From assembly GCA_040954595.2 (NCBI GenBank), contig CM082595.2, positions 5,792,137-5,856,136 on the forward strand: a stretch of 64,000 nucleotides of DNA. Reading direction: 5' to 3'. This DNA comes from Balanoglossus misakiensis (Eukaryota > Animalia > Hemichordata). The position numbers and the translations under genes are program-made. Shown here one piece after another: positions 43,901 to 57,720 of the stretch (the first letter of the stretch is position 1; each line of letters opens with the position of its first letter). The notes beneath the pieces were generated by a model. That model was not told the origin of the DNA and did not search any database. It saw nothing but the letters and a program-made list of their open reading frames with translations.

Positions 43901-46900
43901 CATCAACACATCAAATGCCCGGATAATTATATCAGAAAGCTCCAAGGCCAGAGTGCTGAAGTTCAATAACCTGTTGCACCAACTGGCGTGTTGTTTTGAC
44001 AGTCGATGTTCGTGTTTGTATATGCGTTCTGTCTTGTATGAAAGAATCAATTCGCCTGCATGATAGCAGTAATGTGATAACACGTCAAGTTCTGAGCTAT
44101 TGAAATTCAAATTTCACGGTTATGATAAAATTGAATTTTTTTGTGAAAACGTATGGGTCTCACAAAGATTATCCAGCTTAATTATTGTGTTGCCTATATA
44201 ATTTCCAAATTTAGCATTCTAAATTGAAACATTGTGTCGAGTGTTTGATCGTGGTCCATAGCGGATCAAATACTTCAATCGTTTACCACATTTAATCTGC
44301 TAATGTAAACACAGTATATATTAACTTGACTTGACAGTGGAAAGATACCACGCAACCTAAATTCTTCAAAATGAATGACCTGGAAAAAGTGGTTTTAGAA
44401 TTAGGTATCAACAAAGCAAAAATGGTCTTTTATACCAGTTAACCCGGCATCAAATATTTGCCGTGCCAAAATTTCGCCTGCCCTGGGCACCGACTCACAA
44501 AGCGACATCTATTTTGTTCTCGTATGCACACTCCAAATTTTCTACAGTAATTTATTGACAGTTAATGTCAAACCTTTGTGAGCACTACAATTACTTCATT
44601 GAACGCACAAGCGAGTTTATGATGCCGACATTTACACAAGGTAAAAGTTTGCACTTACTCGTTACCTTAACTTTGAGATAGTTAATCACTGACAAGTAAG
44701 TTGCGCCCAGAATTTACTTCCCTCTTCATACTCCGAGTATGATTGAACGTTACAAGACACATTTGAGATTCCAAAGTTAACATTTAACTAAAGAAAGTAT
44801 CAGGGTAATTTCAAAGTCGTCCGAGCTCCATTTATCGCAAATTGCGAGCTGTGAAAAGTCTAATGAGAGGCGTGTCACGTTTAACACCGACCCAATTTGC
44901 GTCCATGCCAACGAATACAAGTTGTGATCAGGATTACTTTAGTTCCGACGCCACACGCTGCGACATCTGCTTTAAATTCAAGTTTAGACAGGAAGGTCAA
45001 TGAGCCTTCGTTACAGTAAAACCCCTGCTGGTTTTTCTTATTTCAGCAAATTTGCCAAACACTAGAACATCTCCTAAACGGTTTCCACTTATCACTCGGA
45101 CAGGTAACAACTTTATAGACTTTCTGTTCTTTTTTTCTGTGCAAAGCAGGAAAGCAAACATCTTATCTTCAGAGCATGAAGAAATTAAATGCCATAAATA
45201 ATCGTTGAACTCCCCATCTCCTCGTTCCATATACAATCAAACATGAACTTTCGGTACATTTTGAATATTAAAAATATAATACAGTCTAATTGGATAACTC
45301 AGGCTATACTAATACTTCTTATATGTGCAACTAAAACTATAATATGGTATCGCGCGTGTCAGTAGGCTTCAAGACCATAAATAACACCTTCCAATCGCAC
45401 TGGGAAGAGTTTAGTACTTTTCCTACATTATTGTAATCACAATGACCAATAATATATTATTCCTTGCTGCATTGTGTTTATTTTACGATAAAGGTGAAAG
45501 GAATTTGGAGTAGATAGTTAATTTTTAAATTTCATATCAACCTTATCCAAGCTTTTCTATAAACCTTGGTTACTCATACAATTGGATGTTTCGACCTCTG
45601 TCTCTACAACACTAGATTGTAAGGTCAGGTTGTATTACTCTACTGGCGTGTATTAAAAAGCATTAGTTTTACTTTTATAGGTGTTATTCTTCAAACGTGG
45701 CATTACATTCTGAAGTTTAGGCATCCTTAATTCAGAAAATTCGTTGAACGATGAAAAGATACCGTTGAAGAACGGGGAAAACGGTGGAACCAGCTTAGAG
45801 TAGATACAGAAATATCTTGTAGCATTGCGATTGAAATTGAAATTATTGAGTTTCTACGTGTAGAACCGGCGTGGCAAAATAAAGTATAGCGCGAATTAAA
45901 GAAAGTACAGTCCTGCCTTCGTTACCCGGCAATTCATCTCGTATACTAACAATGATAATGTTCCCTGAAATGTACTTCTCCGGGTTTTTCAAAGATTGGA
46001 TTAATCCGGCGCTGATTAAATTTCTGAACTCGGAAATGAGAGTTAGAAAAGGCTGTCGATAGGAAAATTGAATAACGGTCGAAAATTGGCGGCAGGTAAA
46101 TTTCTCAACTCTTTAGGGGATGGAGGGATTGTATGTAATCTTCGAACAGGTCCCCGTGCGCGCCTTTGATTTTGTATGCTAAGAAAGTGCGGTTCGCCGA
46201 TAAGCAGAGGGGTCCTCACCAATATAACTCTATCGCGACTCGACATCAATTAGTTATTCTGAAAGGGCCAGGGCATGGACAAAAGAAGTAACAACGGTGT
46301 GGATAATCGGGAAAATGGAGAAAAAGTGTAAATGATTAGGGCGGCATACCTCTGTGCGAACGATAATGTTGGGTTAAGTGATAGGTCACACAGCATTGGT
46401 GCCATGCCTGAAATGTTGGAAACTGGCCAGCGAGATTACTTGTGTGGAACCTCTTGCGACCGCGTTAGTTATTCTACCGTACCCGTATCCGCACACACCA
46501 ATGAGCACTTCGTATATCGCGGGTTCTCGTCTCTCGGAATGAATGGGAATTGAATTAGACAAGAAATGTAAACTGTTTGTATTTTGTCGTGCACGCAGAA
46601 CTCGACATCAAAGCATTGACTCTTGCACGTAAGCCGCGAGTAAGTGGCGCGTTAGTACAATTACCTCCGCAAAGAACGGTGCATTAGTGCCTTTTGGTGA
46701 ACCCACAAACAACATATTGGCTCTGGCAGCAGTTAATTGAAACACAGAATATATATTTATGGAGCAATAGTGACGTTTGGAGTAGAACAGCGAGAACCAG
46801 AGGCAATAACACTGACACTATCTCGATTCTGTGACTTGACAAAAAAGTGCAAGCAAAATCGTTCATAAGTGGATATTTTCATGACGTGAACGACATATCA

Positions 46901-47416
46901 TACGCCGAAAGTATTATAAGAGGACTTTATAAATTTAAATTTGACACGAAATGTCAGTGGCATTGATAAGTGGGAACGATGCAAATACAGGGATTGGGGA
47001 AGATATGTTTTTTATTCAGTTGCTATAGGTGTCGTATTTGTATGTACCATCTACTTTAAACCGTATTTTAATTGCTCACTCCAGTTGTTCATCAGCTTTA
47101 TCTAATCAATTAACTGCACATGTGGACACTGGATGATTTTTATAATTAGTGATATCTCTCTGAAATTACTTCGCTTACATTGACGAAATCTGGCATATTG
47201 ATTTCACCGATAACAGCCTGTACTTTGAGGTAGTTAGCATTGTCGTTTTAATTAACCTACTAATTGACATACTGACGAATGTATGCAAATGTCGTGATAG
47301 ATATAAAGTTAATGTACTAAATTTGAATGAAACTTACTAAAGGTGTTGCTTTCATAGAGATATGACATACAATAGAGACCAGTTGCTCTGACAGACAGCG
47401 TGGGTTTCGTGACACT

Positions 47417-49078
47417 GTATTGCTCATTTCCACGTTATCTGTGTTTATGAGACAACGTGGACATATTCAGTTCATATCTGGTAACACTTTGTGCATTCGT
47501 GTTTAATCAGTTCATATACGTATCTGTAGTTGGTATCTTCTGCAAAAAGAAGCTCTCTGGTGTCATGAGACTGTTTTCATTCTCCCAGCTCATGCTAAAC
47601 CGCCGACTGTCCGAACTGAACACATTCCCAATAAATGGCTGATATGGACGCAATCAATATACATTGGTCAGAATACACCAGGTTATGTTAACTTACACGT
47701 TATCAGTTGCTGTTATATTTGAAGAGTATTAGGTTGAAACAAAGTATATTTCCATTCAGGACAACGCAGTGAAAATCTAAATACTGCAATGATTCGTCAC
47801 AAAACCTTTGTCGTGTCGATTGTTATTGATGTCAGTGGTGTGGATATGGGCCTATGTACATGTACATGGGTGGTTGAAACGGTCAAACTGTATTTATTGA
47901 ATACATGGTATATATAGATGTAATATCATTAACGAATGCATCATTTGCGGGAAGTCTTCTGGTCATCTTAAGTGGTATACTTGCATATGTATATTTTGCT
48001 ATACTGGTGATGTGTTCGTTGTTGAAATGTTTGTATATACATTGGGCCCAGTTTCTAATTTGCTTCAACTGACGCAGCGGACGAAAAATTGGGATCTTCT
48101 GTCATCTGAGACTCGGTTGTACGGTCGGATAATAAAAAACGATTTGCCTTCAGCCGGAGTTTTCTCTTGAATTTCAGACACATGGCACCGTTGCAGTATG
48201 TTAGCAGTCGCTTGGGATTCGTTTTCTATTCACCCTTCCACCTCTTTGCCTCTCCCAGTGCTCTAATACCACGAATTATAGCCTTGTAATCCGATAAGGA
48301 GTTCCTACAACTCGCTGCTGATAATTGACTGTCCAAATCTTACCATTCTGCGTCTAGATTAAAAGCCAGCCATGTCACATGTGTAATGGAACTGTCATCT
48401 CTGGCGATGGTGTTTGGTTTGGACAAATCTTCGTCCACATCTCCTTGTGCCCCTCTCTTAAATATTAACACACAGTATACGTGAAGCGTGGCCAAGGAAA
48501 TTATTATAGACACACGGAATGTCACGTTCACAATAGACCAGAGACAGCTGTCGACTGGAGTACAAGCCCATCAAGGCTAGACAGTGGAACCGAGGAAATT
48601 GAGAGCGGGACTAAGTGCAAAGTGCTCAGCGAGGAAACACAGCTAATCATTTCGAACTTCCGATGTGCCCACACGAAGGCGGATCGGGGTCATGTTAGGT
48701 GTCAGGCTAGATGAAGTAAGGAAATGTTCTCAGATGCTGGGTGACGTGATTGGGTTCTTGATGTTGAGAAAAAAATTCCAGAACGGACGTTGGTGGTAAA
48801 ATATTCCCGTTCATCTAGTTTCATTCTGTCCAAAAATGTATCGATACATGCATGTATCTATATATACCATATCAGCCATATATTGGGAATGTGTTCAGTT
48901 CGGACAGTCTTCGATTAAGCAAGAGTTGGAACGACGAAAATGGCATCAAATGAACTTCTATTTTCGGAAGATATCCACAGCAGACCAGGAAACGAATTAA
49001 TCTAAAACGGACAAACAAAATGAATTTGAATTGTGTCATCAGGTTGCAAAACATAACGTGCAGATGAAACTGCATATT
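47417..49078. repeat. Diverged long inverted repeat, arms ~47417-47647 and ~48867-49078
   Basis: The core GACTGTCCGAACTGAACACATTCCCAATA(a/t)ATGGCTGATATGG is present in both orientations, and similarity decays outward. Confidence 0.85.
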
Positions 49079-51931
49079 TTGTATGTCATCAATTTTGGGA
49101 CTTGGTGTCCTCATTCGTAACTAGAATTTTAAATCACAGTCCTTTAACAGCCACCAACACAACATATTGCCACTATCTCTACAGACAATCAGCATAAATT
49201 GGTAAACGTTACAGGTTCTGTCCTCTGAAAATGTCATAAGGTGTCAGACAATGTGTCCCAGCCAGCGTTGCGATTGATTTATTGTGCCACCCAGATGGTA
49301 CCCTGCTACGAATGAACAGTAAATGTTTGATATAGAAATCTTAAGAATGCATGACTTCAATTTGGGTTTTAATAAATTTTGCAGCGAGCTATTTTCTCAA
49401 AATAGTACCTTTAGTCTAACCACATGCAACTTGACTAGAAAGTAGTGGAACCGTAATGTTTAATAATATATTCACCAAAAGAACTATTTTCACTCAATCC
49501 CCAATCGCCATTTCAACAAATCGGGCTATGAGGTTAACAACAAAAACATTATTTATTTTATTGATTTTATTGTACAGTATGTAAAGAATCGAATATGACA
49601 ATTTGAGACGATTCTACCAATGTTGCAGCACGTTAAATTCGTTAGAAATTTGGGGGAAACGTTATGAAGATAACAAGTACACGTATTACGTTAATTTGTT
49701 TTAAACTGAACCATGGACATGTCGACATTAGTTGTAAATGGAGGATTTTGACAGTAGGTTTTATATTCACAGTGCTTCCAATAATTTTTTTGCTTGGTTG
49801 CAAGAGAAACAGCAAAATGTTCATATTGAAGACAACAGAACAAAGCTCTTGACTTAAAGTAACGCGCACTTTTACGTACACGACATTATGACTCGCTTGA
49901 TATGGGCAATAAACCACAGGAATTGAATATATTTAAAAATACGTCCCTCGTCAAACAGGCTAACCTGTTCCAGTGTTTCCCTTATATCTTCAGGGAATGC
50001 GAGTTTGCGTAGGATGTGAGCATGTAAAGTGACTCCTATAGGCACATAATGAGTACAAAAGATGTAATCATCTTTAAATACCAATGTTGCAAGCTTCCCT
50101 TTTATCTACTTTAGTGACAATAGGGATGTTACGTGATTGCCTCTTCTACAGGAACCGTATGGCGACGTCACGCAACGGCAACATCTGTGGCAAGCGTTAA
50201 ATGAATACATACCTCCACGAACGACGATAACATAGAGAATTCGCCAATTTATGGCACAGTCAATTCAGACTCTTATCTGTAATTAAATGAAGATTTCACT
50301 CGATGAGCCGATTGAGTAAATCAACAGTAAAGGATTTGAAAATTGCATGGGAGATACAATCACAGTTGGGATAGAAGGTGTTTCTTTGTCAGTGAACACA
50401 GGTTGTGTAAAACTACAAATTGAATATGACAACTTTTACAAGCAGAGATAGCTGTGTGACAAAATATCTGACAAGAGAAAAAGGTCAAATGGCTTGTAAT
50501 TATAATTAAAGAAATGAGGACTCGTTCAAACTACGCATGATACCCTGTTTGCACGGAGATTTTATCTGCCACGCTGTTTTTTAGTGAAACAGCACGCTGT
50601 GAGATTCAAATATAGAAACGAAATGGCAGGCAAGTTTTTCATCCATACATATTCCAGTTTGCAGCAACAGTGCTGTGCCCGCATGTATTACTGTAGTCTG
50701 TACCTACAGTTTGAGGAAATATTTCTTCAAACTGTAATTTAATTTCCCCAAATATGTGTGTTTTTGTATACGTGTGATTTGGCTTCTCGAAGTCTGCTAT
50801 GAACACTTTCGTGTTTAAACATTTGCGTGGTGATTGTTAGAGAAATCAATGCATAGAACCGAAAATGTCTTGTCATCGACAAACACCATTTCCGTGAAGC
50901 AATGTTACTTTGTCATATTAAAGTACCATACGGTTGCTGAACTATGGAACCGTCACAGACAACAGGGAACACACATTTAGCAACAATTCACCCAACTATG
51001 AGAAGGAAATCGACGATTCAATGTACAGCTGGTAGGGATGTCAAGTGATTATACCATAGTAAATCCATTGTCTGCATGATGTACACTGTTGTAGTGGGTT
51101 TAAATTAAAAGCCCCAGTCTGTGTATCATATGCTATCTAACGAGATTGACACACTAATAGTACGTTATTTGTGTTAAATATTTGTCATAATGAGTGGTAC
51201 TACAAAGTTGTAAAATGTTTGAATTCGTAATGAGCGTTTATGAAGGACGCGTATGAGCTGAGACTGGCTACATTTTGATCTAAACTCGGCGTTCTCTGTA
51301 TATATTAACTACGCAGTGAAAGTGTTAAAAGTCTGTTTAGCATGGGGCTATTTCAAATATGTGGTGTTTCGAAAAAATCCTATTTTCAGGCGAAATTTGT
51401 TGATTTGTATTTGCATAGTTTTTAAGCAACCATGGGATATGGTGATATGAGTCATTTATAATATTTACCATTGCACAATGATAAATATATATTCAATTGA
51501 ATCGTCCTTGAGCTTGTATTATATTACTTGTGACACAATATCAATATTTTATATGTTAAACTGCCATCAAAGACGGCGCACGATATTAGCCCCACTGTGC
51601 ATGGCCTCGGATAGGTTGTCAAAACGTACAGGGGTAAATAGACCAACGTTTTGTGAAACATTAAGCTCCGTATAAATGCTAAGTAGACCATACAAATATA
51701 TAGGTTGCAGGTAAAACAGGTCTGTATAATAACCGGGATTAACCTTTACAGGGTCCTACTATATCTCACTAAATTCTGTCTCTTTGTGCATTTATAGTGT
51801 TCTTAGTATGTCTTGCGCTTAGTTAATATTATTGGTCTATATATTAAATAACGATCGCCACTGAATTCACGTTTTTAGATGACATAACAATCCTTAACGG
51901 GGCTTCAAGCAGGCTACTGATTTGCTATGTG

Positions 51932-52013
51932 TGATTGATTGAGTGAGTGAGTGAGTGAGTGAGTGAGTGAGTGAGTGAGTGAGAGAGAGAGAGAGAGAGG
52001 GGGGAGGGAGGGA
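51932..52013. repeat. Compound microsatellite (GATT)(GAGT)n(GA)n(GGGA)n
   Basis: Directly visible. Confidence 0.97.
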
Positions 52014-55000
52014 TGATTTAATTATTTTATTTTATTTTAATTTAGTTGAATTGAATTGAATTAAATCAATGCTATGAGTTTATGACCCAATACACTAAAT
52101 AATACTATTAATATAGAGAAGGTGGGGGGGGGGGCGATAGGGGTGTGATGGGAGAAACACGTTTTAACACAGCGGAGGGTAACTTGCAAAAAACGTGCAA
52201 GCACATCTGCTCTAGTCATGGTTATTAATGTTAACAATCAACTCCGTATAGAAAAGCTGCTCTTTTTCGCAGAAACGTGTCATGTAATTTGATTTGTATC
52301 TTTGTGAAATTTACAACCAATATTTAGTCACAATTTCGCAATCGATGTTCCAAGGTTTGTCTTTGAAAACGGAAACTGGATTAGCAGATTGCCACGTGGC
52401 ATTAATTTTGCATGGCCGGTTCCATTTTGCCATTGTTTGACAATTCAGCCGCAAAAGTCATCGGTACATCAAAAGAATACGACGGCGGGTTGGTTAATTT
52501 TTATTTATTAACAAAAAAAGTCTGAATAACTATATATTGGTATCTATGGCGAGGAACCTGTACTGTGTAATTACCCCTGGAGTCTCACGTCTGTCCTCAT
52601 AATGAATTCGCTTTATGTCCACACTGAAACATATGGTGGAGTACATTAAACCAGATGGTTTTCGAAATATGACTTTGACGTCACCGGGGCACATTATATT
52701 TTTTTGCAACTTGTGTATTCATTTTGATGGCTCGCTGCAATAGGGGTAATTATATTAATGGCATTTAAGACAACCCGGGCCACTTTATAGGGAAAAACTC
52801 CCAACGGAACGCGGAACTGCTTATGATGAATGTCTAACTATACACATCTCTCTTTTTTGCATTAATACGCGAGGCCATAAAATGACGCAAAGGGTACGCA
52901 GTCACAATGGCTGAGTATAAATATGATGTCTTTTAATGTATCTGTCGCTAAATTTTATTATCGGGAAGAAACTGTAAAAAAGTGAATGAATTTCCATTCA
53001 TACACTCTAAAATGTACGTAAGAGGAAATTGAAAATTCGAAATTGATCGCCCTGTTTATGAAAACTGGCATTTGAAAATGAAAATCAGCCTGAGTAAATA
53101 TGACCCAAAAGGAGATTTTGAAGTGTCGCATTGATAATAACAAGAGACAAGAGGATTTCAAATTTAATACATAAAACACTTGTTATGAATTCTAAGTCAC
53201 GGACTGGAGATTCCGCTTCACCGATTTTCATGTATGTTTTGCAGTATTGTATTTTCATGTCGACTGCGCGGAATAGGCAACAGCGTTAACTAAATGCTAT
53301 ATTGGCATAATTAGTTTCAGAAGGTAATTCAGTTTTCTGGCCATGTGTTTCGGAATTCTAAAAAAATACCATTTTGACTTTCGGCGATGACGACGAAAGT
53401 TTATAAACCTTCAGTCATATTCCACGTGTTGTTTTTCAAAAGCACAATCAACACTCTATATCGATATGTACATGTATATACATCTTAACTTGTGTGTTTT
53501 CAGTTCTGCAGAGTACACGCTACCTGGCATTGTTAATATTCTATAATGAAGCTTTATTACTTCAAGATGAGGATGACTGTTGATTTTGTTATTAGAGTGC
53601 TCGGTGGATCCAGCGTCTGAAGTTGAATTATGCCAGAGTTCAAGGTGATCAGCAGATCAACCATTTTCATAATTACTTCACAGGCATTGATGATCAAAGC
53701 GAAGAATTGTACCGGCCGGGTCTTCATTCAACTTGAACATCACATTTTTTCCTTCCATATTTCCTGTTGACCTTGATATTAATATCTGAACTCTCAATAA
53801 AAACGATTTCCAGCGCAATTGAAAAGACTTATACAGTTTCTTTGTCGCTCAGCTTTATCAACGTATGGTCGTCCACGTTCACAGATGGATAAGAGCAAGG
53901 TGAATATTTTAGACAAGAAGTTAATATACTGTGTTAAGTCTTCTTTACAAACACAGTTTCGCAAGAGTGGTACTCAATTTCAATCCCATTTTAGTGGTAG
54001 TTTTGTGTAGCATAACCATCACTGAAATTGTAATCTTTCGAACACTAGGATAAGGTCAATCGCGAATGTCGTCAGTATTTTACAAAATAAACTCACAAAC
54101 ACGATCGTCGTGCCAATTCGATATGCGATGTTTCATCTTGTCAGTGTAATAAATTTGATCTCAATAACTACCCACTTTAGTAATCAATCGAGCGATAAAC
54201 CAAATACGTTTGAAATGAGTTTCTCGCTTTTATGAGAAATCTATACAGATCAGAAAGGTTGTTACAGCTTACCTAAGTGGTTAGGTAATATAGGTCATGC
54301 TTTGTAGCCAATGTATTTGCGCAATAACTATATACATCATGAGCTTTACCGCCGCTGTAACGTTTAATAATATTTTTTTCAGTTAGTCCAGTATGTAGCG
54401 GCTACATTTTATCATTACTCACTCGCAGCTAGGTATGCTCTCTGAGTTGACTGAACGATACCCGATCTATGTACTAAACACGTAAATACACACTGTGTGC
54501 AATGTTTCATCACGTTCGAAGTATTCACAACGTGAACGTACGATGATGCGCTAACTGCCAATGATGGAGTTCTATCGCATAACGTGTTCCCGTGCACACT
54601 ATGCGATAGACTGTCTGTATTTGTCTGTGGCAGGTTTATTCTAATGACAAATCATTAGCGACACAGACATCATGATGTCGATTTTGAAGTAGGAATCCTT
54701 GTTTGAAGAAGGGCGTAAGGGGTCAGCACCAAAATGAAGGTGGTATGTTCTGCATGCGTCAGTTGTCGTGTGATCAGGGGTTCCTATAATTCGGTTCCGT
54801 GATCCACAGAAATCATGGGTTATCATACTGTCTTGTATAAATAACGACGAAGCCTTTACTGGAAATTTTTAACCAATACACGTTTATATTTGCACTGCTA
54901 GTTTATACCAAGCCTAAATATTCCACGCTATAAAACTGGTAGCAGCATATCCTGCGCAACGAACATAAATATTTAAATGATATATACAAACACTAATCTC

Positions 55001-56293
55001 AAACGACAATTTTTCACTGGGTAAATGTCAGATAATCCCCCAGGGCAAGTTTCTTTCTGCTCCGCGCCAATATCAGAATTTATACTTTTTCCTTCATATT
55101 TCGGCGCATGTAAAGTTTGATGTTGAAAATAAACCGTAAATTATTATTATTTATCCGCCTTTCGGCAACTGTGTTTGACAGTGTGATGCGTCAGATGGCA
55201 CAAAAATTATATACTCCATGATGCCAAGTTTTGTTACATTTTGTGTGATATACTGGCTAGCGTAAGTCTCTTCCTGGGATGATTCCAATGATTATTACAG
55301 CTAGGATGGAAATCTCCTATGATACTTAGGAAACAGCGCACCGCAGCTGAGTAACGTTGTTTTATAACTGCTTTAATGCTTCGGTGAATATCGGTTCAAT
55401 ATTGACACGCATGTGCCTGTCTGACTGCAAGGTGTTGATTGTCGTGAACGCATAATACACATCACTAATTAATAACAAACGTTACTTATTAATGGTAACT
55501 ATTTCTGCCGGACAGAGAAGAACGACTGTAACATGAAATATATCGCAATCAGTATCGCAATAACGTTTCAAACAACGCCTGTGATCACTGGGCGATGACG
55601 AACGAGCTGTCGTAAATTTCGGGTGTCTGCAGGGATTGTGAAACCGTATAGCTTCATTACAGCCAGTGTTTTGGAAATGACGTATCGCCAAATAAATGTG
55701 AATGACAGATGATAGAGCGACAATAGTAGAATTGTCCCTACGGGGAGGATGATAGTAGCTATGGTCAAGAAATATGATTTGGATGCGATACGAGGTTCTA
55801 ATGTCAGGCGAATATTAGGGTCAGTTTTCTCAACATCGATGGTTTAGCCAAGTTGCAAACCAAGGTATAAGCATGGACTGACTGTCAACAGACTGTAGAG
55901 GGATTTAAACGCGTGTCTTTTCAACGAGTGCTCTATAGTAGTATATATATACATGTACAGCCACTCAGGAACACTTCGTCAGGCTCTGTGGAAATATACC
56001 CTTTTTTATCATTTAAGTACTTGTTCATGCTCAAAATCATTCTATGAACGAGGAGCATATAGATACATCACGGGCAGTCCGCACGCTTGCAATGAGGACG
56101 GACGTGACCTGAGGGTCATACCTCACATGCGAATAAGATTGCCAAATTATCAAAAAAGAGAGAAAAAACGCATTTTACCTCCACCCCTAGCTTAAAATCG
56201 AATACCCACATTGTAAAAACCACCATGCTCTACAAAATAAAATGAGCAAATTTTGCTGCGAAGCCCTTTGAACACATTTATTACGTGTATTTT

Positions 56294-57228
56294 CTTGTCG
56301 TACGTTTACGTTGTGATTCGCATGTTGGAGCTTGATGTCAAAATCGGATCCTGAGGACTCGACCCGAGCGAACGTCGTCGTAAACATTGACCTAATTTAT
56401 TTTGGCGCGTGACTTGGTAAACTTATGAGCCAATCACGTTCTTTCTTTGTTTTGACCTCATCATAGTTCAGTAGCAGGTCGTTTCAGTACGCACATGCTT
56501 TCCCCGCGGCGAGACAAGTGAGTTTGTTCGATAGTTTTTCAGGCGTGTTTGAGTGAGTATCACGAGTTAAAAAAATTCACACCTTTGTTTTTTTCTCCCC
56601 ACAGCGATTCCGGGTATTCATCATGCATTCACACGTCCGGCCGATGGCGAGAGGAAGAATCTAGGCCCAGCAGCCTACAATGCTGTACATCCATGCCGTG
56701 CTAAAACTAGAATCGCGCGGTCACTGTCAAGCCGGTCGACCGACCCAAGAGCAAGACCCACCTCTTGAAGCAACTGAACAAACGCAGGACCGATTGCCGA
56801 AAACGAACGTTTGCACGGTAGGTGGAAGTCGAAATCGAGCGGTCACGAGGAAGACGAACCCGCCCATGTCAGCTAGTATGAATGACCCGACGCAGCCGCC
56901 AATGTAAAATGTAATGCGAGACTCTCTGTCTGCTTCTGCAGAACAATGTTGCAAATTCTGTTACTTGCCCATTGTGCCAGTCTGATAAAAATCTAGTGCA
57001 CCGTTAATTAAAAACAACGACTCAGTCGACCGGTCGTTGCATGTGTGACGATTTTCAGTGAAAAATACCGTGGACTGACAAGTTTTCCAAATTCACACGC
57101 CAAATTAAACAGATGAGATCTTGTTTACGATGACGTTTGCACATCGACTTCCGTTGATCCGATTTTGACATCAAGCTCAAGCGCGCGAATCCCAAGCGCG
57201 CGAATCACAACGTAAACACACGACATAG
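56294..57228. mobile_element. Probable non-autonomous DNA transposon bounded by ~95-bp inverted repeats
   Basis: 56294-56386 is approximately the reverse complement of 57122-57228 (TGTTTACGA.GACGTT, GATCCGATTTTGACATCAAGCTC, GCGAATCACAACGTAAAC). No TSD was identified. Confidence 0.65.
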
Positions 57229-57720
57229 GACAAGCAACAGTCAGTGGGGTCAAAAATAATTTGCAACGAGTGTTGGAGATGTGTACTTCACTACAGTGAC
57301 TAAACTCTGGTCAAATTATTCATTTTCCACTAGATTTGACAGTACTGTTTGCGTTCAAAGCTTCTGCACAGCTGACCAGGAGACGCGAAAAGCTCGCTTC
57401 TTTGCTGCGTGTGTTTACATGTGCTCTGGCTGATATAGGGTAAGTTCGCACATCGACTTCCGTTAACTCAGGATCCAATTTTGGCATCAAGCTCAAGCGC
57501 TCAAATCATAACGTCAACATGCGACATAAGACAAACAATGGACGAGTGTTGGAGATGTGTACTTCACTACAGTAACTTAACTCTGGTCAAATTATCATTC
57601 ATTTTCCAGTAGATTTGACGGTGCTGTTTCAAAGCTTCTATGCAGTAGACCTGGAGATGCAAAAAGCTCGCTTCGTTATTGCGTGTGTTTACACGTGCTA
57701 TGACTAATATAGGGCAAGTT
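57139..57720. repeat. Tandem duplication, ~270-310-bp unit x2
   Basis: GCACATCGACTTCCGTT...ACGAGTGTTGGAGATGTGTACTTCACTACAGT...AAAGCTCGCTTC...ATATAGGG.AAGTT starts at 57139 and 57448. Confidence 0.93.

Noticed and set aside
56800-56960. NVCTVGGSRNR resembling a THAP zinc-finger start, with Cys-rich text downstream
   Set aside because: The second Cys and the later THAP Phe-Pro, Trp and CxxH residues are absent. Too short to call.
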